64,000 nt of DNA from an uncultured Acidobacteriota bacterium (GTDB taxonomy: Bacteria; Acidobacteriota; UBA6911; RPQK01; JAPXNP01). Positions 50,169-61,774 of this stretch are shown piece by piece. Position numbers and translations under genes: made by a program. Where the stretch lies: the NCBI GenBank assembly GCA_963777605.1, contig CAVZRV010000030.1:352001-416000 (forward strand), read 5' to 3'. How positions within the stretch are numbered: position 1 is the stretch's first letter; each line of letters opens with the position of its first letter. The notes under the pieces are model-generated. The model was not told the DNA's origin and made no database searches. It was given only the letters and a program-made list of their open reading frames with translations.

Positions 50169-51157
50169 TGGAAAAGCCCTTCGCGAAAAAGGTAATCGGC
50201 TATCTTCCGGGCAAACTCCACGTTGCAGTGCCAGTGATCGCCGGGAGCTTCCTGTACGTTGTGTCCCGCCCTAAGCTCCTGAAAGAGAAGAGGGGCCAAG
50301 TCAAAGTGGCGGATGTTTCGTGCAGTCAGTTCATCAAGCGCAACTTCGCGGGCAGTGCAGTCGCGGGCGGACCACTTCTCCCGCTCTGCCAAGTATGGAA
50401 ACAGGATGACGGTCAGAGAGCTCTTGGAGGGAAGCAGCACAGTCAATTGGTCGAGAGCTTCGCGAAACTCATCAGCAGACGCCTCGACGGAGGGCTGCTC
50501 CCCTCTGAAACGAACCGTGAGATAGTCCCTGAACAACTGTGAGTACCGGCCGAAGAACCGGTCAAGGCTTGAGAGCGGCCTTGCCGGGGCCACCACGTGC
50601 AGCTCGCCATCCTGGCCGACAAATGCGATTGGCGTGATCTGGAAATCATTCACGTGGAAAGTGAGCACGACTCTATCCGGATCGATCTTGTAGTTGTAGC
50701 GACGATACAGTTCGACCTCCTGTGTCGTATTAAAGGAATCAACGCCGGCGTTCCAGTACTCATATCGCTCAGTCCCGTAGCACTCACGCAGTGCGTCAAT
50801 GATATGACCCCGAAAGGTCACCGAATCGCCCATGAAGAGAATCCGCTCAATCCCAGGACGTTTCTTCGGTGGATACGAGTTCAAAGTAGTTCCGAAGCGA
50901 GAGTAAAGAGCTTCTTCCGAGTGGGGTTCCGACCTCAGGAGAGGCCGGAACCCCATCCTGTTGTCAAGCACGAGAACTCGGCGTGCATGGTCAAGGTCCC
51001 AATTCAGCCAATCTAATTCCTGGCCCGCTCGACCTACCGCAATTGGGAGAAGGCGCGCGGCCAGTTCACAAAGGATAAGCGCACAGATAACCCCCAAACA
51101 CAAGGATAGCAGCCTGAATAGGAGTATTCGGCGACGGCTCGACCAGTCAATTCCCAT
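50153..51157 (-). CDS. SGNH/GDSL hydrolase family protein, N-terminal TM
   Basis: GDSVTF, NAGV, NDF, DHWH; the stop lies inside the IS6 IR. Confidence 0.85.
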   Translation of the reverse strand: MGIDWSSRRRILLFRLLSLCLGVICALILCELAARLLPIAVGRAGQELDWLNWDLDHARRVLVLDNRMGFRPLLRSEPHSEEALYSRFGTTLNSYPPKKRPGIERILFMGDSVTFRGHIIDALRECYGTERYEYWNAGVDSFNTTQEVELYRRYNYKIDPDRVVLTFHVNDFQITPIAFVGQDGELHVVAPARPLSSLDRFFGRYSQLFRDYLTVRFRGEQPSVEASADEFREALDQLTVLLPSKSSLTVILFPYLAEREKWSARDCTAREVALDELTARNIRHFDLAPLLFQELRAGHNVQEAPGDHWHCNVEFARKIADYLFREGLFQAPSN

Positions 51158-51632
51158 TAAATCAAGGATAATACATCCCAGTCTCCTGAGAGCTGATCAC
51201 CTCGGTCTGCCACGGGAAGCGGTGGCTGCGAGCAGAAAACGCTCAGGCGTCGCACGTATGCGCACAACACGGAAACAGTGACCTGCTGAAGGCTGTCGTT
51301 TAACTCCCAATCGCGAAGGTAGGGTTGGATGCCTCAAGAGACGTCTCCGTCAGGCATGCGCACATTCCGGGCTCCACTCCACGGCTACCACTCTCTCCCT
51401 CCCGCTGTTGATCCACCCAAGGGCTCACCATTCGCAGGCGGAGAAACAGCCAGTCTCCAATGGCCAACGGAGCAGCCAATGAAATCCTACAATGAACGCG
51501 ATTCTCACCCTCAAGCGCCAGAGCTTTTTCCAGCGGGCAGAAGCGTGCAGATGCGTTCCCGACCCCCTCCAATCCGCAAGCTAACTGTTTGACCAGGTCT
51601 CAGAGGTTTGAGGAATGTTGTCCCGAAGCCCA

Positions 51633-52604
51633 CTAATCCTCAAAACCGATGGGGAAGCGTGATGGGAGAACGCTCTGAACCCGCGGGTCGCGCTCCAATG
51701 CGCGAGCCTTCTCTTGGTCGCACACGACCAGAGCGATTGACGTCCCCACGCTGTCCAGCTGGAGACCATACTGCTCGGCCAATCCTTCCATCTCCTGCGC
51801 GAGGTTATCCTGGGATACAAGACTTACAGCGTAGTAATCTGCTCGCTTGATCTCAAACGCTTGAGCGGCCCATAGGCGCTCGTCCTTGGAATACAAGGCG
51901 GTGGCTGCAAATGCAACGGGCTGAGCCCATACCGTGTAGAAAACCACCGAGCCTTGAGTAAACCCGTCAGGGATTTCGAACCACTCGTCCAGAAAACCGG
52001 CGACATGAACCTGAGTCGGCGGAGTGGGAATGAAGAACCCCTTCCAGTCCACGAGATTCCCGTCCGGATCGAATAGATCGGCCCGATACGTTCCGGGCGT
52101 CTGGAAATACGCCGCAATGCCCGTATTGCTCACCAACGATTCCGGCCCTCCGTAGAGCACCGGAATGACGAACAGGCTTGCCAGTGGTCGGGCCGATATG
52201 GAAACCTGAGATGTAATTTCACCCGACTTGCGGACCACCAGGTTCGCGGCTACACCGAGTTCAGCTGATGCAGCGATGATCACAGCGCCGTTGCGAAGCT
52301 CTCCCCCGACCAGATCAATCGCCCTGGATGCCCCGGATTCAAGAACGAAACTTCTGGGGCTTAAGAGTTCGTCGTCAGAGCCGTGGATTTCCACCTCAAC
52401 CGCCCCAACGCCCGGGCCGGGATGGACTACAACGATGTGGGTTTCGATCGCGATCGATCCGGACCCACCTCGGGCCACTTGCGGCAGGATGACCCGGAAA
52501 TCATTCAGGCGAAGTTCCTCGGCGAAACCAAGACTCGTATGGAATATCCAGCAGCAGAAGCAAAGAAGACCCATCACGACGGGGATCACTCTCCGAGTAT
52601 GCAT
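51633..52604 (-). CDS. Secreted protein with C-terminal peptidase-inhibitor I9-like segment
   Basis: Signal peptide; LPQVA.GG and NTGIA beta-sandwich motifs; tail A.ALE.DPRV.SV.P. Confidence 0.6.
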   Translation of the reverse strand: MHTRRVIPVVMGLLCFCCWIFHTSLGFAEELRLNDFRVILPQVARGGSGSIAIETHIVVVHPGPGVGAVEVEIHGSDDELLSPRSFVLESGASRAIDLVGGELRNGAVIIAASAELGVAANLVVRKSGEITSQVSISARPLASLFVIPVLYGGPESLVSNTGIAAYFQTPGTYRADLFDPDGNLVDWKGFFIPTPPTQVHVAGFLDEWFEIPDGFTQGSVVFYTVWAQPVAFAATALYSKDERLWAAQAFEIKRADYYAVSLVSQDNLAQEMEGLAEQYGLQLDSVGTSIALVVCDQEKARALERDPRVQSVLPSRFPIGFED

Positions 52605-52614
52605 GTCAACTCTC

Positions 52615-54678
52615 CTATCGAAGTGATACGAATTCTCGAATATAGAGATGGTGAGTGCCTGTCTCCCCACTAGAACCGTAGTACATTAAAACAGGAACCG
52701 CATTAGTACCCAGATCCCAACTATACGGGAAGTTCACCTGAATGAAGTGATCTCCGGAACCAGTCGTAATCAAGGGAGTCCCGTTGTCGGAATTAGACGC
52801 ATAGAGAGTTACAGATTCGTCCGTGATTGTGACTGCAATCGACAGATTCTTCACGCCTCGCAGATCCAAGTAGTAGGGACTGTATGAGAGGTCCGTCAAC
52901 GGTGTATCGTAGACAATAAATGGATATGAGCGGTCAGACGGTCCCTTTAGATCTATCCCTGCAAATACATAATCGCCGAAACTCATGCGCTTATAGGTCC
53001 CCAGTGTGCCACAAGTCTGATTCGTTATTCCAGCATTTTCCACCAAGCCCACGCTTATTCGGCCCATCTCATTCATAATGTCAGTGCCCTCGTTCCGAGA
53101 TGTCACTCGAATGACCAGCGTTTGATCTTGGTTTTCCGGAGGAAATTCAGCCCAGTATCCTGCGATCGTCATGGCAGTAGAACCGGTAAATTCCGCATCG
53201 ATGGCGACATCGTCCGTGTCGACACCGTTGCTGTCGTCAACTTTACGAAGGACGGGATCACAAAGCGCGTATCCGTTCTGTGGTACGGCCCAACGGCTCT
53301 TAGTTGGGTTACTTAGAAACAAGCGTTGAGACGCCGGGCTGTCATCAAAGCTATCTCCAAATGCCCAGGGAGCGAGGTTTGCATTCAACATACGCCCGGT
53401 GTGCGTCACGCCGACGAGTGAGCCCGTCGATACGGGCTGAGACGACAGGAGCAGATTCTCCTTAATCTGCCAATATGTAAGATCGGGATTCACGCTCTTC
53501 ATCATACCAGCAACCCCCGAGACCAACGGGGCGGCCCAAGAGGTTCCACTATTGCGGCAAGTCGTTCCACAGTAGTTGACTGTGGCAGGATCGGCGCTGG
53601 CGCCCTCGGCGGTCCCGCCGCCATTTGTTGTACTATAGATCGCCACTCCGGGCGCAGCCAAGTGAACGCCTCGTCGGCCCAGGTTGGAGAAGCCCGCAAG
53701 GTTGCCAGCCTCATCTACAGCAGCAACACAAATGACATTCTTCAAATGATGTTTGCACGGAAAGACATCCCCGGCTTCCCAGTTCGTAGTATCAACATCG
53801 CGTCCATCGTTCCCTGCAGAGAATACAAAAAGTATATCATTGTCCTGCAAACTCTCGATGGCGGAAGCAATGTTGCTGTATTCATGGATCCCGTTCCAGC
53901 TATTGTTGATGATCTTTGCACCTTGGTCTTTCGCATAGCCATACGCCTGGATGAAGTCCGCTTCAGTGGGAACCCACTGTCCCTCAACCCAAATTGGAGA
54001 CAAAAGTTTGAGCGGGAGGAGGTTCACGTCCCACATCACTCCTGTCGCGCCAATGCCATTATCACCAACTGCGCCAATTAGTCCGGCCGTGAAGGTCCCG
54101 TGATCGTCGTCGTCATCGACTGGAGCATCGCCATCCTCATTCTCGTCATCGCGAAAGTTCTTGGCGTTGTCCAAGTCAAGATTGTCCACCAAGTCCGGGT
54201 GGTCCACATCAACACCAGTATCCACGACAGCAATCGTGACGTTTCCAGACCCTGTCTCCCACCTCCACAATTCTGGAGCATCGATGGCATCCAGGTGCCA
54301 TTGAGACGAGAAGCCAGGATCATTCGGGATTCTGACAGATGCTAGATCGGCCCAGACCACAGCGTTGCGCCTCGCCCGATGAACGACAGGAGAGTGCTCA
54401 TAGGCTAGGATAGCGGCATCCAAGTTTGCTTGATCGGGTAACTCAATCTCAAAGAAGATGACCTCCTTTGTCTCCAGCAGCCTTCTTCGGACAGTGGCAC
54501 TATTCGCAGCGTTCAGGGCATCGAGTTGGGACTTGGATGCTCCCGCATGGACCTGTAGGATCAGGCTGTTCGGGCGGAATTCTTCCCGTTGGCCAAATCC
54601 AATCAGTCCTATTGAGATGCACTCCAACACGACAAACATGAAGATCGGGAGAATGGGTTTCTTCACTGGTACTCTCAT
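52615..54678 (-). CDS. S8 family subtilisin-like serine protease
   Basis: Signal and propeptide; triad AVVDTG, HGT, SGTS.AAP; oxyanion SAGN. Confidence 0.95.
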   Translation of the reverse strand: MRVPVKKPILPIFMFVVLECISIGLIGFGQREEFRPNSLILQVHAGASKSQLDALNAANSATVRRRLLETKEVIFFEIELPDQANLDAAILAYEHSPVVHRARRNAVVWADLASVRIPNDPGFSSQWHLDAIDAPELWRWETGSGNVTIAVVDTGVDVDHPDLVDNLDLDNAKNFRDDENEDGDAPVDDDDDHGTFTAGLIGAVGDNGIGATGVMWDVNLLPLKLLSPIWVEGQWVPTEADFIQAYGYAKDQGAKIINNSWNGIHEYSNIASAIESLQDNDILFVFSAGNDGRDVDTTNWEAGDVFPCKHHLKNVICVAAVDEAGNLAGFSNLGRRGVHLAAPGVAIYSTTNGGGTAEGASADPATVNYCGTTCRNSGTSWAAPLVSGVAGMMKSVNPDLTYWQIKENLLLSSQPVSTGSLVGVTHTGRMLNANLAPWAFGDSFDDSPASQRLFLSNPTKSRWAVPQNGYALCDPVLRKVDDSNGVDTDDVAIDAEFTGSTAMTIAGYWAEFPPENQDQTLVIRVTSRNEGTDIMNEMGRISVGLVENAGITNQTCGTLGTYKRMSFGDYVFAGIDLKGPSDRSYPFIVYDTPLTDLSYSPYYLDLRGVKNLSIAVTITDESVTLYASNSDNGTPLITTGSGDHFIQVNFPYSWDLGTNAVPVLMYYGSSGETGTHHLYIREFVSLR

Positions 54679-54915
54679 TGGAGTCTCCTTCTGTCATTTT
54701 GGTCTGGTTTGAGAATTGTGCGCGAAGTACGGTTCCGAGATAACAGCGACGATCGTTCAGCTGACGTACGCTGAAAGGAGGAGTCTTCAAGCTGTGCCCG
54801 CTGGCGAGGCATATCATCACACACTAGGTTGAAGACTCTGAGCGGTGGCTGATTCTCCATAACAAACGCCTTCGGGTGGGTCTTTCACTCTGTGGGAACT
54901 TACAACCCGGAGCGG

Positions 54916-54998
54916 ACCTTATCCCAGCATCGGCCTCTCGCGGAAAACAATTCGGCACAGCCGAACACTTCAGGCCGGAAGTGTTCGGAATATCCGAA
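54916..54998 (-). promoter_or_regulatory. Operator-promoter copy 3 (upstream of the subtilase operon)
   Basis: TTCGGCACAGCCGAA at 54951 and TTCGGAATATCCGAA at 54984; putative -10 TAAGGT at 54916-54921. Confidence 0.75.
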
Positions 54999-55150
54999 CG
55001 TTTTCGCATCTTCGGCAATAGGGAATCGGTAGTTGACTTGGATTTCGATGGAGGTCCCTCGAAAGAACCAGTGGAGTCCTTCTGGGCCCTTGACTGATTC
55101 GGAACCGGGCGCTAACGTGTCTCCGAAATGGGTGGAAGGAAGCGACAAAC

Positions 55151-55727
55151 ATGAGTGAGAGAGAATCGGTGAACGACTTCATCCGGCAGCGGCTTCGTCG
55201 ACTGCGTCTTTCCAAGAACGTGGGATTGAGGAAGCTTGCCGACCGAGCCGGAATCCCCTCGAGTTCGTATGCCTCGATGGAGGCCGGAGCGTATCGCCTG
55301 AACCTGGAGTCCTTGTTTCGAGTGCTCGGCGCGCTCGAGGCCGATATCACGGCGGTCTGGCCGTCGGAAGCTTCCAGAGCCCGCGCCGAGGACAGCGAAC
55401 TCCTCTACCAGCGACAGCTCCAGGAATTTCGCTTGGGAGAAGTGATCCGACTGTCCCAGGCGGAGGGAGGCGCTTGTTCGAGGCCCGCGGCCGGTCCTGC
55501 CGGATCGTGATGTACCAGAACCTGAGTGACTTCCTGCTCGATCGATGCCTCGTTCGCCTGGAAAACGGAGATCCTCCGAACCAGGGCCTGTGGTGGCACC
55601 AGGATTTCCTCGACCCACCTACCATTTCTTCCTCAAGGCGGAAGGGTGCCCGAGTTTCGTGGAGAAGCTCGTTCAGCACTACCTGGTCAACTGGTGCGCG
55701 CTGTTTGCGGAGGAATCAGGCGACTAG
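55151..55727 (+). CDS. Second copy of the XRE-HTH regulator (frameshifts near 55470 and 55612)
   Basis: Near-identical peptide blocks to 33874..34452, spread over three frames. Confidence 0.85.
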
Positions 55728-55980
55728 CGCCCGGACCAGCCTGAGTTCCAGCGCGGAGAGCACGCGAATGTCGTTGAGACTGGCCGAGAGCTTGCTCTTC
55801 AAGGACATCACCCCGTAGGTGAGGTAGAAGGCGGCAACCAGCCCGTAGGATTTCAGTCCCAACTCCCGTGTCCGGATGAGTCCCAGGACGTCCGCCCGGA
55901 GCGAGCGGGAGTACTCCGCGAAGAGAAACTTTCCTTTGCCCGACTTTGACATCAGGTATTGCGTGTCGGGTGCTTCCAGA
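55716..55980 (-). pseudogene. C-terminal fragment of a paralogue of the 140-aa protein
   Basis: LEAPDTQYLMSKSG...RLVRALV matches 33463..33885; N-terminus lost. Confidence 0.85.
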
Positions 55981-56143
55981 CTCGACTGTGATGAGCCATT
56001 AACATTTGTCAACAGCCGCCTAATGGGGGGCACCGCGGTGCACAATCTCCCCGGGGCATTTGTGGCAATAGCGGGCGCCTCCGACTTCGCGTTGCGCCGT
56101 CTGGCCGGCTGTTGACATCAGATGCGGACAGTCCCCGACCGAT

Positions 56144-58162
56144 TCAAAGTGCGAACGCCTGAAGCCACTGATCCTGATACACGGGTCGTAACCCAAGGCA
56201 CCCCCGGACGAAATGGTCGTTGCCGTAGAACGGGACGATAATCCACTTGAAGCCAAGCTTTCGCAGTTTGTCGAGCGCCGCGGAAGGCGACAACTGCTGA
56301 AATTGTTCGTTCTTGTAGACAATCCAAGAGAACCCTTCGTTACCGAGCCTTGGGCTCGCCAGAACCGGCACAACACCGCCGTCCATTTCCAGCAGCTTGG
56401 GCACTATGGCAACCGGCTCACAAAAGGTGATTCGAATGAGACCGCTTTCCTCAGAGCCCAGCGGGAGAGGCGACAATTCCGTGGAAGTGGTTCTGGCTGC
56501 AACCTGCTTGTCCTGGAACCAAACGTTCATCGGCGATCTTGACGAGAACTACTTCACGCCCGGAGCCGCGTACCCGAGCAACACCAAGTGGTACCGTTGG
56601 GCGGGATCGAGAGGCCCATCATCTCCCGGAGGGAAATCCTCCAGGTCGGCGATTGACAAAATAGAGGGGCCGGTTCTCCGCCAGGAGCTGGCGCAGAGGC
56701 TCCTGGGCGCGGAAACTCAGTGCGTCAGTGCTGGCTCGGCTCACAATCGGTGCGCTGAGCATCTTCTTGTGGTGAATTGTCTGGTAGAACGCTGCATTGG
56801 GGCCACTGTGGAGGTCGATCACGGCTCCGTCGGTTTGGGTTTCGAGCCATGAATAAAAAGAGCTGACATTCGGTCGACTCATCTTAAGCGGCACCGCGAG
56901 GGATTCGGCGGCAAGCAAGACCCCAAGCGCCACTACCAATGCTGGCCCTCGGCGAAGCTTCGTTATGCGATCGATTGCTGCTCCGTATAAGAGCGCAAGG
57001 CCCAGGTATGTCAGCAGGTGGAACCGGGCAGCGCCTCTAAAAAGTCCAAAGCCCGGTACGTTCCGAACCAGGAAAACGGCATGGCTTCGCCGGTGATCTG
57101 CTGACCGCCCAGCTGGAGGACCGGCCCGAGTGACAGGACGAAGAACACGCCGATCCAAACGGCGGATCGGGTACTCCAGGGCCGCTTGAGCCCGAACCAA
57201 GCCCAAACCGCCAGACACAACAAACTCCAGGGAACAAACTCCCCGGATTCGGCCTCTCCGCGATCCACTTGGTGTTTAACTGATTGAACCAGCTGCCGTA
57301 CGTCGAAGCGGGACCCGGAACGAAGAACGACTGAAGGTCGGCGGAATACATCCCGGCCAATTGCTCCGGGGAAATCCGCCTTCTCCATTTGAATCATTGG
57401 GATAATGAGTGGGCTCAACACAATGACCGCCGCGAGAACTACACTTGCGCTCCCTATCAGCTGTTTCCAGCGTGGTTGACACGCTTCCCGGAAAACAAGC
57501 GTGATAATGAAGAGTCCGCAGATTCCAAAAACGAAGTAGTACCAGTCACAAAGGCCCGTGGCCACCAACCAAAGCGCAGCCGCAGCAACCCGATGCGGGG
57601 TCCAACCTTGCCGGACCCCTCTCAGGCTCGACAGGAAGAAGAACGGAAGCCATTGGTAGTTGATGAGGTTGAAATGCCCGAGGCTCTGCGAAAAGTGATA
57701 GGGGGAGAAGGAGAAAGCACAGCCCGCGAGGAAAGCACCGAGAGAACCAACTCCCAGATAACGCGCCAATCGATACGCACCAAAGCCCGCCAACACGAAA
57801 GTGGTGAAGGCGAATACATTGGAAATCGTCAACAGGGATAGAGCCCCTTGAAGCGGTACCGACAAGATTGAAGGGAGGAGCGCCCGACTGTGCAAGTAGG
57901 TGCACTCTCCGTGTGGGAAGGCAATGTAATCAGTACAGAACGGACTCTGTCCCCGTAGGAGCGAGAATCTCAGCCACCACATGTTCCAGAGAAACAGCCA
58001 CGCTTCACCGTCACCAAGTAGTCGATCCCGGAGTCTAAAGGCTAGAGGGTGGGTCAGAGCGACTGTCAACAATCCGTATCCGACTAACGCCAAAGGCCCG
58101 TAGTCCCGCGCCGCCAACAGACTGCGGACCTTCAGCTGCACCTTGACTCCTTGACTGTTCAA
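56144..58162 (-). CDS. GT-C/YfhO-like polytopic membrane glycosyltransferase (several frameshifts)
   Basis: GDG...LWN.WW, FP.G, AF.FSPYH...GH.NL, SADL..F.P, LSLGP, YQT.H.K across ORFs 57011.., 57037.., 56619.. and 56144... Confidence 0.7.
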
Positions 58163-58236
58163 TCGATATGTCCAACAAGGTACACTGCGTATCCTCAGAG
58201 CAAACGGCCGACATGTGTCGAGTCAGCAAAGAGGGG

Positions 58237-59181
58237 CTACCCACGTCTTCGGAATCCATCTTCCAAACACGCGCCTATGGTACCTCCAAAACAAGCCGAG
58301 AGCCATTCGAGTGGAACAATTATCGACTCTGACACAGGTACCCTACAGGTCAAGTCAGGAGACTGGGGGCCAGAGAAATTTGAATCCTCCGCCCCCACGT
58401 CGAACGTTACTGTACTGAAGTGCAGAGCGATGATCCACTGGTGTTCGGAGAAACCGTAACCGTTGCCCCAGACCGGATACCACGGGATCAAGCTTAATGA
58501 AACCCACAGAATCGTGCCAGACGCCCTTGTTGTCTGCGATAGTGTCATCCAGATCCCGAAAGAGGTCAATGACGGTCGATTGGTTAGGTGCGAGTGTCAC
58601 TGGAGTGGACTCTGCCCAGTCCCATGCGTGCCCTTGCGTGCATGTCGACGAGTGGCCGTGAAGGCCTTTAGTTAAGGGATTCTGAACCCAGACGTCCGTT
58701 GTGGTGGCAGAGTAATTCTGAAGTTGTACTTTCGTCTGCCAGCCCTTCGGCCAGGAGCTCATGTTGTGCCAAAATGTAGCAAGTGGAATAACGATCCTCT
58801 GAATCCCCGAGTCCAAGTGGCCGGTACCGTCACCCCAACCTTGCCAAGCAGTCGCAAGCGCATAGCTGCACGAAGCCGTACTGATTACTTCGTCTCCGGT
58901 ATTGAAAGAGTGCGGACTATAGCTGTAGAATTGCCCCCGGTAACCGACGCTACACACGCGCATCTTTCCCGACCACTCGTGGCCAGACCCCTCGGAACAA
59001 CCAGGAAACGCTGCCCAAGCTTGCACACCGGCTCTCAGCCAACGTTGACCCTCGCTCCAGGCGTTGACAAGGTCCTCAGCTCCGTCGCCGTTATCGATTA
59101 CGCATTCACCGATTGCCGTTCCGTCCATTTCTTTGTTCAAGCAATGGTTTGGAGCCTCATATACATAGTTCGCATCGTCAG
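58237..59181 (-). pseudogene. Fragment of a Cys/Trp-rich extracellular-type protein truncated by IS21
   Basis: Long open frame that begins at the IS21 end; one frameshift near 58465; no family recognised. Confidence 0.5.
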
Positions 59182-59468
59182 TGCGTATTCCGGGCCAAGT
59201 TGACCACTGATTCCGATCGAAGTTGTCCAGGGATTCCGGGGGAAGTTGTCCGGTGATTCCGACGTGAAGTTGTCCACTTTCGGGGTGGGCAGCGGAACGG
59301 TGGAAACGAGGTCCGGAATGGTGGACAAGATCCCCGGAATGGGTGGACAACTTCGTCCGGAATGGCGGACACGTTCCCCGGAACGGTGGACACGATCGCG
59401 GAATCGGAGTGAAAGCGGCGCTGGATAATCGCCGGTAAGGTGGACCTCCTTGAGGAAAGGAGGTGCCG

Positions 59469-61033
59469 ATGCCGGCCCGGAGGTTATCCATGCGAAAAAT
59501 ACGAGAAGTACTCAGACTGAAGTTCGAACTGGGATTGGAGAATCGGCAGATCGCCCGCAGCTGCCGGATCCCGCACAGCTCCGTGGGCAACTACCTGAAA
59601 CGGGTCCGACGGGCCGGCTTGAGTTGGCCGCTGCCCGCGGATCTGGACGATGAAGCGCTGGAGCAGCGGCTGTTTCCGCCCGAGGAGCAACCGCCGGAGG
59701 CGTCGCGGCCGCTGCCCGACTTTGCCGCCATCCACGAAGAACTGCGCCGTCACAAGCACGTGACGCTGCAGCTGCTGTGGCAGGAGTACAAAGCAGGTCT
59801 ATCCCGACGGCTACCAGTACAGCCGCTACTGCGAGCTCTATGCCCGCTGGAAACGAAAGCTCGATCTGGTCCTGCGCCAGGATCACCGCGGCGGCGACAA
59901 GCTGTTTGTCGATCATGCCGGACAAACCATTCCCGTCACGGATCCCCGGACCGGCGAGATCCGGGAAGCCTATCTGTTCGTGGCCACGCTCGGGGCCAGC
60001 AACTACACCTATGCCGAAGCCACCGAGCATCGCGACCTGCCCGCCTGGATCGGATCGCACGACCGGGCCCTGGCCTTCTTCGGCGGGGTGCCCACCGTGG
60101 TGGTGCCCGGACAACTGGAAGACCGGCGTCACCGACCCCTGCTTCTACGAACCCGAACTCAATCCGACTTACCGGCAGTGGGCCGAACACTACCGGACGG
60201 CGGTCATCCCGGCCCGGGTCCGAAGGCCACGGGATAAGGCGAAGGTCGAAAACAGTGTGCTCATTGCCGAACGCTGGATCCTGGCGGCGCTTCGCAAGCG
60301 CACCTTCTTCTCCATCGCGGAGGTCAATCAGGCCATACGGGAACGGCTCGTCGAGTTGAACCACCGCCGGTTCCGCAAGCTCGACACCAACCGGGCCCAA
60401 CTCTTTGAAGCGGTGGACCGGCCGGCCTTGAAGCCGCTGCCCGAACGCCCCTATCCCTATCGGGAATCGAAGAAGGTTCGGGTCCATCCCGACTACCACG
60501 TCGAGATCGACCGCCATTACTACAGCGTTCCCTATCACTACGTCCACGAACAGCTGGAGGCCCGGATCGGCGAGAAGATGATCGAGATCTTCCGCTGCGG
60601 CCTGCGGGTGGCGGTGCACGTGCGAAGCTTCGCCGTCGGTCGCCATACCACCCTGGACGAGCATCGTCCCCCGCAGCACCAAAACCTCGAATGGACCTCC
60701 GATCGGATGATCGCCCGGGGCCGGGCGGTCGGTCCGGCGACGGCCGAGGTGCTCGAGCGGATCATGGCCTCCCGTCCTCATCCCGAACTCGGTTACCGCT
60801 CCTGCATGGGTGTCCTGCGACTGGGGCAACAGTATACGAACGAGCGGCTCGAAGCCGCCTGTCGGCGGGCCCTGTCGGTGAACACCTGCTCGTATCGCAG
60901 CATCCGCTCCATTCTCTCGACCGGACTCGACCGCCGGCCCGTCGAATCGCCCCCGGCTTCTCCCGCTCACGACACCGTGCATCCGAACGTGCGCGGCTCG
61001 TCCTATTACGGCTCGAAGGAGGTGCGGTCATGA
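59469..61033 (+). CDS. istA: IS21 transposase IstA (frameshifts near 59795 and 60105)
   Basis: RLSMRKIREVLRL, LLWQEY, LGASNYTYAEA, PDN.K, PRDKAKVE, HPNVRG..YY. Confidence 0.9.
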
Positions 61034-61774
61034 CGCGCGAGCAGACCTTCGACCAACTCTACAGCCTCAAACTGCACGGCCTGGCCGATGCGCTTCAGAA
61101 ACAGCTGGACAATCCCGAGATGGACGGCCTCGGCTTCGAAGAGCGTCTGGCGCTGCTCGTCGACGCCCAGTATCTGTGGCGGGAGAACCGGGCTTATGCC
61201 ACGCGCTTGCGTCAGGCCCGCCTGAAGACGGCCGCCTCGATCGAGGACATCAACTACCGACATGCGCGCAAGCTCGATCGTTCGCTCGTTCAGTCGCTGG
61301 CGACTTGCGAGTGGATCCGCCGCCGCCACAATCTGACGATCATCGGACCCTCCGGCGTCGGCAAGACCTACCTCTGCTGTGCCTTTCTGGAGAAGGCCTG
61401 CCGGGAGGGCTTTCGCGTCCACTATGCGTCGGCTTCGAAGTTCTTCCGCCAACTCGGCATGGCCTGGGCCGACGGCAGCTTCGATCGGCTCCTCGCCAAA
61501 CTGGCCCGCACCGATCTGCTGGCCATCGACGATTTTGGATTGGTCCCCCTGACCGATCTCGAACGCCGTCACCTGCTCGAGGTCCTCGACGATCGGACCC
61601 AATCCCGCTCCACCCTGCTGGCCAGTCAGTTCCCGATCGAAAACTGGCACGAACTCGTCGGCAGCCCCACTCTGGCCGACGCCATCGTCGAGCGGATCCT
61701 GGCCAACAGTCACCGGATCGAACTCGAAGGCGAAACCCTGCGTCGGCTCGAGGCCGGAGGAGGTGACGCCATGA
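61030..61774 (+). CDS. istB: IS21 helper ATPase IstB
   Basis: GPSGVGKT, LLAIDDFG, SQ.P...W, LADAI..R. Reads through into the next gene, so the end is approximate. Confidence 0.9.

Noticed and set aside
59182-59400. Short GTTGTCC/GGTGGAC repeats as a CRISPR array or iterons
   Set aside because: They are the multiple transposase-binding repeats typical of IS21 ends and are mirrored at the right end; no spacers or cas genes.
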